This document shows, piece after piece, positions 17,565-27,891 of a stretch of 64,000 bases of DNA. The notes below the pieces were generated by a model. It was not told where the DNA came from. It saw only the letters and a program-made list of their open reading frames with translations, and made no database searches. A program made the translations under genes and the position numbers. The number at the start of each line of letters is the position of its first letter. Position 1 is the stretch's first letter. Origin of the DNA: an uncultured virus (IMG/VR IMGVR_UViG_3300027714_001912). Its lineage: Duplodnaviria > Heunggongvirae > Uroviricota > Caudoviricetes. The stretch lies in the IMG/VR virus record IMGVR_UViG_3300027714_001912; one strand, 5' to 3'.

Positions 17565-18269
17565 ATGTTAGATGTTTTTATGCTGTCTTTCGGAGAACCC
17601 GATGCAGATGATAATTTTAAGATTTTACAACAAAAAGCTCCTCATGCTAAACGCATTGATGGGGTAGAAGGATTGCTTAACGCACATCAACGTGCCGCTG
17701 AAGAGTCACGCACACAATACTTTTATGTATGTGATGCAGATGCAATTATACAAGAAAACTTTGCATTTAAGTTTGAGCCAAGTGATAGGCGTGATGCTTA
17801 TCCTGGTGTACCCGAAACAGAATGTGTGTTTACATATCGTAGTCACAATCCTGTTAATGATTTAATATATGGATATGGTGGAATTAAACTGTTTCCAAAG
17901 CGTAACCTATTAGAGGTAACAGAATTTAAAGTAGACATGACAACTAGTATTGGTGCAAAGTTTGTACCTAAGTTTGAGATTGCTAACACCACAGCATTTA
18001 ATACAGATCCATTTAACGCTTGGCGCAGTGGGTTTCGTGAATGTACTAAGCTAGCAAGTAATATCATTGATCATAATAAGCAAGTTGATGATGCATACCG
18101 ACTAGAAGTTTGGTGTACACGTGGCGAGAACAGACGCTATGGTGAATATGCATTAGTTGGAGCACAACAAGGACGTGACTTTGGCACCCATTACAAAGGC
18201 AACACGGCAGCATTAAGTAGAATTAATGACTGGAAATGGCTAAGGGAGAAGTTTAATGAAGCTATCTGA
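17565..18269 (+). CDS. Glycosyltransferase-like protein (GT-A type)
   Basis: FYVCDADA DxD motif, YGYGG, AWRSGFRE. Confidence 0.6.
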   Translation: MLDVFMLSFGEPDADDNFKILQQKAPHAKRIDGVEGLLNAHQRAAEESRTQYFYVCDADAIIQENFAFKFEPSDRRDAYPGVPETECVFTYRSHNPVNDLIYGYGGIKLFPKRNLLEVTEFKVDMTTSIGAKFVPKFEIANTTAFNTDPFNAWRSGFRECTKLASNIIDHNKQVDDAYRLEVWCTRGENRRYGEYALVGAQQGRDFGTHYKGNTAALSRINDWKWLREKFNEAI

Positions 18270-19281
18270 GTTCCAAGAACAATATCATTGGATGAACGGA
18301 CTAAGTGAATACTTTCAATTTACAGGACAAGATGACAAGTGGGATAATATACACAAAGCATTGTATCATGACAATTGGTTTCGTAAGCGTGATGTAATGA
18401 TTGAACTATGTCAGATGTCAAACAGTAGTCCTACCCATGTAAAAGCATGGATGAATATCTTACTACATGAGAAGCTAGAAGATGTTGAGATAAAGCCACA
18501 GCTAATTGCTACACTGTTTAGAAAGTATATGGAAGAAGATCCATTCCTTGTAAACATTTGTCAGTTTATTAACTTTTGGGCAACAGGCGATAAGGCTGCA
18601 GAAATGCCTAACATGAATGACTTTCTAAGCAGAGGACAAGTTAGATCAAAGGTATGGATGATAAGTGAATTAGCTCAGCTAATTGATGGGCCGTTAGGTA
18701 ACGTAGTATTTTACGGTGGCTGGTATAACTTCTTAGGACACATGTTGTTTAGTCAATTTGATGTTAAGAGAATATATAGCTTAGACATTGATGAGAAAGT
18801 AATAGTACCTAGCAAACGATTGTACCCTAAAGAAGTTAAGCAAGGCAGGTTCCTACCAATGAAAGTTGATTGCGATAAAATTAGATGGGGCACAGACAAT
18901 ACACAAACATTATTGCAGTTAGACCAAGCTAAGAAGATTAATATGATTGATGATCATATGGCTTCAGGCAAGTACTATGCAAGTGAGAAAGACTTATGGG
19001 ACGAAGCAGATGCTAACAGTTGGGGTTACAAACGCATTGATGAAATGAATATTGTTATCAATACTAGCTGTGAACATATGACTAATGCATGGTATGAGAA
19101 TTTACCAGCAGGAACATTTGTCGCAATACAAACAAACGATTACTTCTCAAATCCACAACACAGCAATTGTTGTAAGGACTTGGAAGCCGCTAAAGCAAAA
19201 TATCCAATGCAGAGTATTATGTATGAAGGCGAACTCGATACACACTTATATAATAGATTTATGTTGATTGGAATAAAGTAA
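18256..19281 (+). CDS. SAM-dependent methyltransferase-like protein
   Basis: GQVRSKVW, FYGGWY, SLDID, INTSCEHM. Confidence 0.6.
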   Translation: MKLSEFQEQYHWMNGLSEYFQFTGQDDKWDNIHKALYHDNWFRKRDVMIELCQMSNSSPTHVKAWMNILLHEKLEDVEIKPQLIATLFRKYMEEDPFLVNICQFINFWATGDKAAEMPNMNDFLSRGQVRSKVWMISELAQLIDGPLGNVVFYGGWYNFLGHMLFSQFDVKRIYSLDIDEKVIVPSKRLYPKEVKQGRFLPMKVDCDKIRWGTDNTQTLLQLDQAKKINMIDDHMASGKYYASEKDLWDEADANSWGYKRIDEMNIVINTSCEHMTNAWYENLPAGTFVAIQTNDYFSNPQHSNCCKDLEAAKAKYPMQSIMYEGELDTHLYNRFMLIGIK

Positions 19282-19529
19282 TGTCGTTAAACAAATTTGG
19301 TGATGTAGTATATATAGACTTCTTCTTAGAAGAATACAGTGAACACAATGATACAGATGCGTGTTGTAAGATATCATCTGAAATAGGAGCAACAGGATTA
19401 ATGTATGGAGTAGACTTTTGGTTTCATGAGAGTTATACAGTAGACTCAGAGCATATAATCAAGTTTGGCTTTAAGGACAAACACGAAGCAATGCTACTTA
19501 AACTAGCAGGAGTAACTAAACTACATTAG
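19281..19529 (+). CDS. Small hypothetical protein, paralogue family
   Basis: C-terminus FGFKDKHEAMLLKL. Confidence 0.65.
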   Translation: MSLNKFGDVVYIDFFLEEYSEHNDTDACCKISSEIGATGLMYGVDFWFHESYTVDSEHIIKFGFKDKHEAMLLKLAGVTKLH

Positions 19530-19530
19530 C

Positions 19531-19773
19531 ATGACCAAAGCAACCATAGCATATTTTACAGACGAGTATAGCCCAAAAGCTAATACGTTTGCTACCTTTG
19601 ATGCAATAGCACACATATCTGGTAAACTAACTGAAGAAGGCTTAGTGTATTTAGATGACTACGAACTGTCGTCAGTAGATTATAGATATGATGGACGGCA
19701 AGTAATTACTATGAAGTTCCGCTCAGAGGAGTTAGCAATGTTAGTTAAGTTAAGAGGAATAGACAATGGATGA
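19531..19773 (+). CDS. Small hypothetical protein, paralogue family
   Basis: C-terminus MKFRSEELAMLVKL; internal GLVY..DY resembles GLMY..DF of the previous ORF. Confidence 0.65.
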   Translation: MTKATIAYFTDEYSPKANTFATFDAIAHISGKLTEEGLVYLDDYELSSVDYRYDGRQVITMKFRSEELAMLVKLRGIDNG

Positions 19774-20029
19774 AGAAGTAGAAATGACAATGGATGCATT
19801 TGATTTGTATCTAGATACGTTAACAATAAGAGAATTACAAACGGAATGTGCTAGAGCGATCAGTACAATGCCAGCAGACAACAACAGCATACATAAGTTT
19901 AATAAGAAAGCCCACCACAATAGTCATTTATGGTACAAGGCTGTGATTACGCACTATGTTATGGAGCAAGGTGGAATGCCAAGTGAGGTAGGACCCGGTG
20001 TTGATGTTAAATTAATCATAGATAATTAG
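19766..20029 (+). CDS. Hypothetical protein
   Basis: Coupled ORF with GAGG RBS. Confidence 0.7.
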   Translation: MDEEVEMTMDAFDLYLDTLTIRELQTECARAISTMPADNNSIHKFNKKAHHNSHLWYKAVITHYVMEQGGMPSEVGPGVDVKLIIDN

Positions 20030-20037
20030 GAGACAAC

Positions 20038-20364
20038 ATGTTACTTAAAATAGATGATATCGGTGGAGAGGTTGTGAAAGATAACGACACTTATCGACTC
20101 AAAGACAATACACTACTAAACAATTTAGTTGTAAGTTCAACTGAATTAAAACCATACATGAGTACAAATGGACACGCACATCCTGGACAGGAAGAAGTGT
20201 ATTACTTTATTCATGGTGCAGGTACAATGTACTTAGATGATGCTGAATATTTTGTACAAGCAGGAGATGTTATGTTAATTGAAGATGGAGTACATCACAG
20301 AGTAAGTTGTGGACCACATGGCTTAAACTTTGTATGTGTCTTTGATGGAAAGCGTAATCATTAG
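20038..20364 (+). CDS. Cupin-domain protein
   Basis: GHAHPGQEEVYYF...GD...I..GVHHRV. Confidence 0.9.
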   Translation: MLLKIDDIGGEVVKDNDTYRLKDNTLLNNLVVSSTELKPYMSTNGHAHPGQEEVYYFIHGAGTMYLDDAEYFVQAGDVMLIEDGVHHRVSCGPHGLNFVCVFDGKRNH

Positions 20365-20717
20365 TGGTAGAGCTTTTAATAACTAACATTGTATATGTAA
20401 GTTACAGACTTTTAATTACAGCACATATTGTTAAGTTCTTTCACAAGTACATGCCGTACTCGTTTGCAGTAATCATTGCGGCACAGTTAAGCTTCTTGTA
20501 TGATGGTGGAATATTTGCATACTTCTTTGAAGCACAAGCATTACCCGAAACAATGGAAATTGTACAAGCAAACGTATTGTACACATTACGAGTAGGACTA
20601 GCATGGGCATTTATTTACTGGCTATGGCAAAAGCTAGACAACTATTATCTTGCAGTATTCATAGGAGCAGAAGCTACCTTTGTAATAGATTATTTTATAT
20701 TTGACGGAGTTTATTAA
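20364..20717 (+). CDS. Small multi-pass membrane protein
   Basis: About four hydrophobic segments. Confidence 0.7.
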   Translation: MVELLITNIVYVSYRLLITAHIVKFFHKYMPYSFAVIIAAQLSFLYDGGIFAYFFEAQALPETMEIVQANVLYTLRVGLAWAFIYWLWQKLDNYYLAVFIGAEATFVIDYFIFDGVY

Positions 20718-21364
20718 TGTCTACAGTATATCCAATATACTTTGATAGTTTTACGTGTGGGAACTTCCTAGCACATTTTATTAACATACACTTTGGATTT
20801 AGTGAGGCACCAACACCAGTTAGTCACCTGCCAACTCCTGCTATCAAAGTAAAAGAAATGTTAAGCAGTACAACAATACATCACCAGATAGCATTAAAAG
20901 CATTGCGTAGTCATCGTACTCACGCAGAGACAACAGAATTAGTTAACAATAGTATACAGTATAGGAATACTATTGATTGGGACTTACCAATTGAATATGA
21001 TCGAGTTTCAGGCCCAGCACTATTCCATGAGCTTTGTTTTTTTGATAAGTATATAGTAAGCAACGAACACAACACACTTAAACCTATTAGCATTGTCTGG
21101 AAAGCAGAAGACAAGTTTCTAGTTGATAGAATGTGTAAAGGACACAACGCTTTAAACAGAGACTTATATATAAAAAACAACGTGAGCAGATGGGATGGGA
21201 ATACACAGTTACCAAGATACGATTGTAGAATACAAAAGATATTAGACGGTGACGAAGAAGAATACACTAAGTTGCTACAGTATATTAAAGCACCCAGGCT
21301 TGACAATTGGAATGAAATAGTTTATAATTACATGAAGCAGATAAATGCAGAGGAAGTAAAATAA
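20717..21364 (+). CDS. Hypothetical protein, possible divergent sulfotransferase fold; paralogue of 37190
   Basis: GNFLAHFINIH and EEYTKLL...NW are shared with 37190. Confidence 0.55.
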   Translation: MSTVYPIYFDSFTCGNFLAHFINIHFGFSEAPTPVSHLPTPAIKVKEMLSSTTIHHQIALKALRSHRTHAETTELVNNSIQYRNTIDWDLPIEYDRVSGPALFHELCFFDKYIVSNEHNTLKPISIVWKAEDKFLVDRMCKGHNALNRDLYIKNNVSRWDGNTQLPRYDCRIQKILDGDEEEYTKLLQYIKAPRLDNWNEIVYNYMKQINAEEVK

Positions 21365-21370
21365 TATACA

Positions 21371-22480
21371 ATGTATAAGTATACAGACATCAACGAAGTA
21401 CACTTGGAAATTACACAGCGTTGTAATGCGGCTTGCCCTATGTGTGATCGTAATGAGAATGGTGGAGCAGTTAACCAGCACATCAGAGGTGATGAGAAAG
21501 AACTTACACTAAGTGATTGTATTGATATATTCCCACACGATTTTATAGCACAGTTACACACAATGTATATGTGTGGTAACTTAGGTGATCCAATCAGTGC
21601 CAGAGATACATTAGAAGTTATGCAATGGTTTAGAGATTGCAACCCGAACATGTGGTTAAGCATGAACACTAACGCAGGCATGCAAAGTGCAGAGTGGTGG
21701 GGAGAACTAGCTAGAGTAATTGGCCGTAATGGTTGTGTTATCTTTAGTGTAGATGGTTTGGAACATACAAATCATTTGTATAGACAAAACGTAAAGTGGA
21801 AACTAGTAGAACGCAACATGAAAGCATTCATTGCCGCAGGTGGCAGAGCTCGTTGGGACTACTTGATATTTGAACACAGTGAATGTGATGTAGAACGTGC
21901 AGAGCAGTTAGCCAAGGAATGGGGCTGTGAACGCTTTATGAAGAAGAAGACTGGACGCTTTATTAATGCAAACAGTGAGAAGAAAGATTCACATCAAGCA
22001 AGCAATCGTAAAGGAAAGAATGTATCCGAAACAATTAAGCTAGCTAAACCTAAGAAAGCTGAGTATCAAAACACAGCACTACTAAAGCAAGCAGAGATAG
22101 AAAAGACATACGGAAGTATGATGGACTATTACAACACAGCTACTATAAAATGTAAAGTTGCAGACCTTAACAGTAAGAGCAGAAGTATGTTTGTTACAGC
22201 AGAGGGATTAATTATGCCTTGTTGTTGGACAGCAGGTCGCATGTATAAATGGTGGCATCCAGATCATAAAGTAGAACAAATATGGGACTTCATAGATAGA
22301 GCAGGAGGCAAAGATGGAATCAGTGCTAAGATTAACGGCGTTGAAGGAGTGTTTGCAAGTGGTATTATGGACGACATACAAAACAGTTGGAAACTAGCAA
22401 GCATTAAAGACGGCAAGCTAGGCGTTTGTGCTATGAAATGCGGCACAGAGTTTGATCCTTTTGCATCTCAATTCAAATAA
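21371..22480 (+). CDS. Radical SAM enzyme with a C-terminal SPASM-like domain
   Basis: CNAACPMC, CGNLGDP, FSVDG, MPCC...CAMKC. Confidence 0.92.
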   Translation: MYKYTDINEVHLEITQRCNAACPMCDRNENGGAVNQHIRGDEKELTLSDCIDIFPHDFIAQLHTMYMCGNLGDPISARDTLEVMQWFRDCNPNMWLSMNTNAGMQSAEWWGELARVIGRNGCVIFSVDGLEHTNHLYRQNVKWKLVERNMKAFIAAGGRARWDYLIFEHSECDVERAEQLAKEWGCERFMKKKTGRFINANSEKKDSHQASNRKGKNVSETIKLAKPKKAEYQNTALLKQAEIEKTYGSMMDYYNTATIKCKVADLNSKSRSMFVTAEGLIMPCCWTAGRMYKWWHPDHKVEQIWDFIDRAGGKDGISAKINGVEGVFASGIMDDIQNSWKLASIKDGKLGVCAMKCGTEFDPFASQFK

Positions 22481-22495
22481 AAGCTCTTAATTAGG

Positions 22496-22524
22496 TTGAC
22501 AACCCTTCATCTATAGTGTATTAT
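22496..22524 (+). promoter_or_regulatory. Sigma70-type promoter
   Basis: GGTTGACA-17-TATTAT. Confidence 0.7.
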
Positions 22525-22557
22525 GTACATAACACTACAATAATTTAACTGAATCAT

Positions 22558-23220
22558 ATGGAGAACGACATGGCTACTACAGATAACGCTATCGTTTACG
22601 ACATTAAGTTAGTAGAACACTTGGCACCACACTTAGGGCCATTATCAAACAGCGAGCTCAAAACACTTAAAAAACTTACAGACCTTGGAATCATACAGCG
22701 TGATAGAGTAGCAGAAATAGCTATGTCTAATGTAGCTGGTATTGATATTACAAGCATTAATGGTATGGACTTTAGTGATGGCACAGACGCTAAAACTGTA
22801 GTAAGCAATGCTCGTAACAACAATCCCAAAAGGAAACAATGGACTAATAGCTTTGACATTAAGAATGTTAAAACTAAGACAGGCGACCTACGTGTCGTTG
22901 CATACAACAAATTACAAGAAAAGTATCACTACTTTTATATTCCATATGATGCTTACAAACATCTACGTAATTCTTTACAAATAGTTATTGAAAGTTACAC
23001 TAGCATACTTGATCCTAACTTTACTGGCAAGTCACAGTTTCCTCAGACAACTAAGTATTGGGAATATGAATGTGCTAGCTTTGAAGAGATGTGCCAAATG
23101 AGTCCAGCCAAAGACTTACACGCATCAGCAATAAAAGCATCAGCAAGACGCACAGAGTATAACACATCAGATTGGTTTCCACTAACAGACAGCAACTTAG
23201 CTAAGAGTGCATCTATATGA
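22558..23220 (+). CDS. Hypothetical protein, possible PD-(D/E)xK nuclease fold
   Basis: E...GMDFSDGTDAKT; start may be the downstream ATG after GGAG. Confidence 0.5.
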   Translation: MENDMATTDNAIVYDIKLVEHLAPHLGPLSNSELKTLKKLTDLGIIQRDRVAEIAMSNVAGIDITSINGMDFSDGTDAKTVVSNARNNNPKRKQWTNSFDIKNVKTKTGDLRVVAYNKLQEKYHYFYIPYDAYKHLRNSLQIVIESYTSILDPNFTGKSQFPQTTKYWEYECASFEEMCQMSPAKDLHASAIKASARRTEYNTSDWFPLTDSNLAKSASI

Positions 23221-23738
23221 TTATAACAGCCTTAGTTAATCTTAAACTAGAAGATAAGCAGTTAGCACAGGACTACGAAACACATTCGTCACACTATAAT
23301 AATTTGCAAACTGCCTTCTATAAAGATAAACTTTATCAACAGTGCGAAAGGTTTAATCAACAAAGTAATTGGGTAGACAATCCTATTATGTGGAAGTCGT
23401 TGTACACTAACAAGTACGTACTTACTGATACACAAACATACGCATCAGTGGGAAGGAATGTAGCAGACACGCATTGGGTTGAAGATGTATACTATAACAT
23501 AACAAAGGTGTTATGGGATAACGATCATGTACAGCAACAAGGCAGAGATATATTCTTTGGTGCAGGCATAGAACAAACAAAGAACATACGCCAATGGTTA
23601 ATTGATAATCATTACAGTAAGACTAAACCTTTTCAAATGTATTACACAGTAGGAGCAATTGAAACACAAGATAAAACAATGTTTACAGAGCTTGCTAAAA
23701 TGAATGACAAGTTTAACTGGCAGGAGGCGAACTGGTAA
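23217..23738 (+). CDS. Hypothetical protein
   Basis: ATGA-coupled ORF. Confidence 0.65.
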   Translation: MIITALVNLKLEDKQLAQDYETHSSHYNNLQTAFYKDKLYQQCERFNQQSNWVDNPIMWKSLYTNKYVLTDTQTYASVGRNVADTHWVEDVYYNITKVLWDNDHVQQQGRDIFFGAGIEQTKNIRQWLIDNHYSKTKPFQMYYTVGAIETQDKTMFTELAKMNDKFNWQEANW

Positions 23739-23998
23739 TGGCTAAACCATCAAAGAGATATTTAACATCTGACATGTTTAAACCTAAAGGCACAGTGTTT
23801 GAAGGACTTATATGGAAGCAACCCAATTCAAAAGGAACTGACACATATGATGTTGAGTGTACTGAAAAAGGGTTTACATGTGAGTGTGCTGGCTTTACAT
23901 TTAGAGGCAAGTGCAAACATAGTCAAGATGTATTAACAAGAATAGAGCAGGCATTAGATGATCGTTCACCTAAATACTGTTGGGAGTTTGGAAGATGA
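23738..23998 (+). CDS. SWIM zinc-finger protein
   Basis: FTCECAGFTFRGKCKH. Confidence 0.85.
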   Translation: MAKPSKRYLTSDMFKPKGTVFEGLIWKQPNSKGTDTYDVECTEKGFTCECAGFTFRGKCKHSQDVLTRIEQALDDRSPKYCWEFGR

Positions 23999-24534
23999 CA
24001 ACACATGCAATGATAGATTTGGAAACATTAGCTACAGGACCTGATTGTGTAGTATTAACAATTGGTGCTGTTAAGTTTGATCCTAATGTAGTAAGTGAAA
24101 CTACACAACCTTTTTACCATAGGTTTGAAGTTGATGAGCAACTTGAAAGAGGTAGAGTAACATCTGAAAGCACCCTTGAATGGTGGGGCAAACAAGCAAA
24201 AGATGTACGTGATGAAGCACTTGGTGATGGAAATCGCACAAGAGTGTTTGAAGTACTAAAACTGTTAAACACATGGTGCGTTGGCGTTGATACTATTTGG
24301 TGTCAAGGACCTGCGTTCGACATATGTATTCTAGAGAATCTATATAGATCATATGATCACCATGTACCTTGGCCGTTTTGGAAGATACGTGATTCAAGAA
24401 CATTGTTTGGTATTATGCCAAGCGATCCACGTAAGGAAATTAAGTTCGCAGCCCATAATGCACTCGAAGATTGTAAAGTTCAGGCTTTGTGTGTACAGCA
24501 AACAATTATTAAATTGGGCTTAACACTAAAATGA
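23995..24534 (+). CDS. DEDD-family 3'-5' exonuclease
   Basis: MIDLETL, FD, RDSRT, HNALED. Confidence 0.9.
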   Translation: MTTHAMIDLETLATGPDCVVLTIGAVKFDPNVVSETTQPFYHRFEVDEQLERGRVTSESTLEWWGKQAKDVRDEALGDGNRTRVFEVLKLLNTWCVGVDTIWCQGPAFDICILENLYRSYDHHVPWPFWKIRDSRTLFGIMPSDPRKEIKFAAHNALEDCKVQALCVQQTIIKLGLTLK

Positions 24535-24584
24535 AACAAGTATCAGAGAATGTCACTTTTAAAGCCATAAATGGACCTTTATGC

Positions 24585-24613
24585 TTGACAAACTCTAAAT
24601 ACTAGTATATAAT
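24585..24613 (+). promoter_or_regulatory. Consensus sigma70 promoter for the clamp/TGT operon
   Basis: TTGACA-17-TATAAT. Confidence 0.8.
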
Positions 24614-24650
24614 TAATATTAATACAACATCTAAATAGGAGATAACATAA

Positions 24651-25400
24651 ATGAGTACTCGAGATATCGTGCAAGACGTAGTTAAGCACACAGCAGGTTT
24701 AGGCTTTATTACTTCAGTAAAAGTAACAGGCACAGACGAATCAACAACATTAGACGCAATGGATGCAGATCGCACAGTGATCTTGCAAGCTAAATTGCAT
24801 AACAATGTTACAGAGTTTACAGGTGAATTTGGACTTGGGAACCTTGGGTTCTTAGCAGGTGTAAGTGCATTACAAAACTATCAAGCAGAAGATGCTACAG
24901 TAGACGTAGTGTCACGTGAACGCAATGGCGTATCAGTTCCAGATCATTTGATGTTTAAAGACAAAGACGGCAATACTGATCAGTATCGTTTTATGTCTAA
25001 AGAGATTATTGAACAAACACTACAAACTGTAAAGTTTAAAGGTGTAGAGTGGGATGTAACGTTTGAACCTACTAAAGCTAAGGTTGCAGAACTTCAAGCA
25101 GTAGCAGGTATTTACGGTGGCATTGAACCTAACTTTACTGTTAAGACAGTAGATGGTAATTTGATTATTACAGTTGGTGCCGCAGACGGTAGCTTTACAG
25201 GTAAGCGAACATTTGCTATGAACGTGAATGGTGAGATTACAGAAGGCTATGCATGGCCACTTAACCAAGTACTAGCAATTCTTAAATTAGGAATGAGCGG
25301 TGCATGTGTAATGCAAATTAGTAAAAAAGGTGCATTGATGATTTCAGTAGATTCTGGAATTGGAAAGTATGATTACATTCTACCAGCATTAACAGTTTAA
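24651..25400 (+). CDS. DNA polymerase sliding clamp (gp45/PCNA-like)
   Basis: 249 aa with a two-domain clamp-like pattern, ends YDYILPA; recognised by resemblance. Confidence 0.65.
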   Translation: MSTRDIVQDVVKHTAGLGFITSVKVTGTDESTTLDAMDADRTVILQAKLHNNVTEFTGEFGLGNLGFLAGVSALQNYQAEDATVDVVSRERNGVSVPDHLMFKDKDGNTDQYRFMSKEIIEQTLQTVKFKGVEWDVTFEPTKAKVAELQAVAGIYGGIEPNFTVKTVDGNLIITVGAADGSFTGKRTFAMNVNGEITEGYAWPLNQVLAILKLGMSGACVMQISKKGALMISVDSGIGKYDYILPALTV

Positions 25401-25415
25401 CCAGAAGAGATTAGT

Positions 25416-26912
25416 ATGCCTAACAGAAAAGACTTAACAACTAGCAATAAAGACTACAGTGTGTTCCTTCCGAGTATCAGTAGTTTTTATTCAAAGTTCA
25501 TTGCACAAGCACAGAAGCGTCCAGACTTTGTAACACCAGAGCGTATGCCAGATGGGTTTGAGTATGGGATAGATGGCTTTGACTTTTTAAAGCCTAAGGA
25601 AGAAACCTACTATAATTATAAATGGGGTCTTTACTCTGCCGGGCATGCTACTCGTGACACAGCTAAGAGTGATGTACAGGAACCAATGATCCAGAAACGT
25701 GACAGGGAAAAGACTTTTATCCTTGGTGACAGTGGTGGGTTCCAAATTGCTACTGGTGTAATCAAATGTGATTGGCCTAACTTTAAAACAGATGATGCTT
25801 TGCGTTCGCAAATCTTAAACTGGTTAGAGCATACAGCAGATTACAGTATGGTGTTGGATATTCCAACACTAGCGGCTGCACCACCTCTTAATGCTAAAAC
25901 AGGATTAACTGATTGGGTTGACTGTTTAGAATATACAATGCATAACAATGATTACTTTCTAAAACATAGACAAGGTAAAACTAAGTTCCTTAACGTATTA
26001 CAAGGCAACAACGAGTCGCAAGCTGATCAATGGTATGATGCAGTTAAGCATTATCCATTTGAAGGTTGGGCAATGGCTGGTTATAACATGAAGCAATTAC
26101 ATCTTGCACTACGTAGACTTATTGTTATGCGTGATGAGAAGATGCTTGATCCTGGACGTGACTTAGTACACTACTTAGGTACAAGTAAATTGAATTGGTC
26201 TTGTATTTTTACAGCTATCCAACGTAACCTACGTGAAACTGTTAACCCTAACATGATGGTAACATATGATGCCGCTAGTCCGTTTATTACAACAGCTAAA
26301 GGTCAAGCATATACACAGCATGTACACAGGAATAACAAGTTCAGTTATGTAATGGAACAAGCGGTAGACGACAAACGTTTTCAACACAGTCAGATTCCTT
26401 TCCCATACAATAGTCCAATTGGAGAACGTATGGTAATGGGTGACTTGTGTCATATGGGTCCAGGTATGCTTAACAAACTTGGCAAGGAAGGTAAGACAAG
26501 TTGGGATAGTTTCTCATACTTCTTACTAATGGCACACAACGTTTATCAACATATTGAAGCATGTCAACGTGCTAACACACTAGCTGACATTGCAACTACT
26601 AGATATCAGCCTAGCCACTTAGAGTGGAATAAAGTTAAGCCTGGGCAAAGTGAATTTGACTTGTGGGTACCACGTGATGTAATTTACGTTACAGAGTTTA
26701 TCAACAAGTTATTTAAGAGCGAAACGCCTATGCAGTTACTAGATGAAGGCGAAGCTATGTTAACACACTTTAGCGGAATGAAATCTATTAAGAGTACACA
26801 GAGTGCATTTGATAGTTTATTTGCAGGCGGAGTTGAATCTCAAGGTACAGCAGATACAGAGTTTACCTTGGAACAAGCAGAAGCCGCAGAAGATTTCCTA
26901 GAGGGTTTATAA
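25416..26912 (+). CDS. TGT-fold transglycosylase (DpdA-like, probable 7-deazaguanine DNA insertion)
   Basis: GDSGGFQ, MVLDIP, LNVLQG, GWAMAG, VHYLG, YDAASP; FolE/QueD/QueE context. Confidence 0.8.
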   Translation: MPNRKDLTTSNKDYSVFLPSISSFYSKFIAQAQKRPDFVTPERMPDGFEYGIDGFDFLKPKEETYYNYKWGLYSAGHATRDTAKSDVQEPMIQKRDREKTFILGDSGGFQIATGVIKCDWPNFKTDDALRSQILNWLEHTADYSMVLDIPTLAAAPPLNAKTGLTDWVDCLEYTMHNNDYFLKHRQGKTKFLNVLQGNNESQADQWYDAVKHYPFEGWAMAGYNMKQLHLALRRLIVMRDEKMLDPGRDLVHYLGTSKLNWSCIFTAIQRNLRETVNPNMMVTYDAASPFITTAKGQAYTQHVHRNNKFSYVMEQAVDDKRFQHSQIPFPYNSPIGERMVMGDLCHMGPGMLNKLGKEGKTSWDSFSYFLLMAHNVYQHIEACQRANTLADIATTRYQPSHLEWNKVKPGQSEFDLWVPRDVIYVTEFINKLFKSETPMQLLDEGEAMLTHFSGMKSIKSTQSAFDSLFAGGVESQGTADTEFTLEQAEAAEDFLEGL

Positions 26913-26933
26913 TAACAATCAGGGAGTAGATAA

Positions 26934-27128
26934 ATGGGAACTGGAACAATTAATAGTAAGAAACGCTATATGGCATCTCTAACAGAGAAGCATAGAACAC
27001 TTGACAAAGAGATAATTACGTTGTATAATAACAATACAAGCGACGACATTGTTAAGGCAAAGAAAACTGAGAAGTTGCAGTTAAAACAGCAAATCGTAAA
27101 ACTTGAAGAACAAATTAATAATCTATAA
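26934..27128 (+). CDS. DUF465/YdcH-like small coiled-coil protein
   Basis: L.EKHRTLDKEI...KTEKLQLKQQI. Confidence 0.75.
   Translation: MGTGTINSKKRYMASLTEKHRTLDKEIITLYNNNTSDDIVKAKKTEKLQLKQQIVKLEEQINNL
27001..27029 (+). promoter_or_regulatory. Intragenic consensus sigma70 promoter
   Basis: TTGACA-17-TATAAT inside 26934..27128. Confidence 0.6.
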
Positions 27129-27138
27129 AGGTAGTTAA

Positions 27139-27669
27139 ATGAAACGAGATTACACATCAAGCACAAATGTTACAGGCGTAACATATTTTGTAGGCACTGA
27201 AATTGAACACACTCCAACATTTGGTATGAAAACACTATTTGTTGTTGGTATGCAACGTTTAGAAGAAGTACAAGAGCTAGCTAAAACTAACAAGGTTGAA
27301 GCTATATACTTAGGTGCTAATCAAAGTTTCGATATTACTGGAGAACATGGTACTGATGAAGAACAAGAAGGTTGGGATTCATTAGTTAAAGGTCTTGTAA
27401 AGGATTACTTTGTAACTCTCGATTTTGATTTAACTTGCATAGAATGGATCCAGGAGTCTGGGTACAGCGAGTATAATAATTTTATCCCAATGGTCAGTGT
27501 TAAGGTTCCATACGCTGAACTACTAGGATATAATACTTGTATTAAGATTGATGATATTGATTTTAATGCAACAAACAAAGGTGTGTGGACACATAGTCTA
27601 CATTCTTTAATGAACCGTAACAAGTTCACAAGTTGGAACCAATATAAACAAGACGAAATAATTGAATAG
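27139..27669 (+). CDS. Hypothetical protein in the deazaguanine cluster
   Basis: YFVGTEIEHTP..GMKTLFVVG, KIDD.DF.ATN.GVW; function unrecognised. Confidence 0.75.
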   Translation: MKRDYTSSTNVTGVTYFVGTEIEHTPTFGMKTLFVVGMQRLEEVQELAKTNKVEAIYLGANQSFDITGEHGTDEEQEGWDSLVKGLVKDYFVTLDFDLTCIEWIQESGYSEYNNFIPMVSVKVPYAELLGYNTCIKIDDIDFNATNKGVWTHSLHSLMNRNKFTSWNQYKQDEIIE

Positions 27670-27680
27670 GAGAATATACA

Positions 27681-27890
27681 ATGCCAAAGAAGATTCGTTT
27701 AATGGATGATGCGACAGCAACAGCCGACACAGTAGGTGCTACTACAGGTGCTAAAACACATGAAGAAGCAATCAGTGCAGAAGTAAATATGGAAATAACT
27801 ACTAAAGCACTAATGAAGTATCTTGAAGCAATTGATTGGAAGCTATGGGAAATGCTTAAGATCATGAAGAAGCAAGAAGAAGAAAAGTAA
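27681..27890 (+). CDS. Hypothetical protein
   Basis: AGGAG RBS; LEAIDWKLWE. Confidence 0.75.
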   Translation: MPKKIRLMDDATATADTVGATTGAKTHEEAISAEVNMEITTKALMKYLEAIDWKLWEMLKIMKKQEEEK

Positions 27891-27891
27891 A

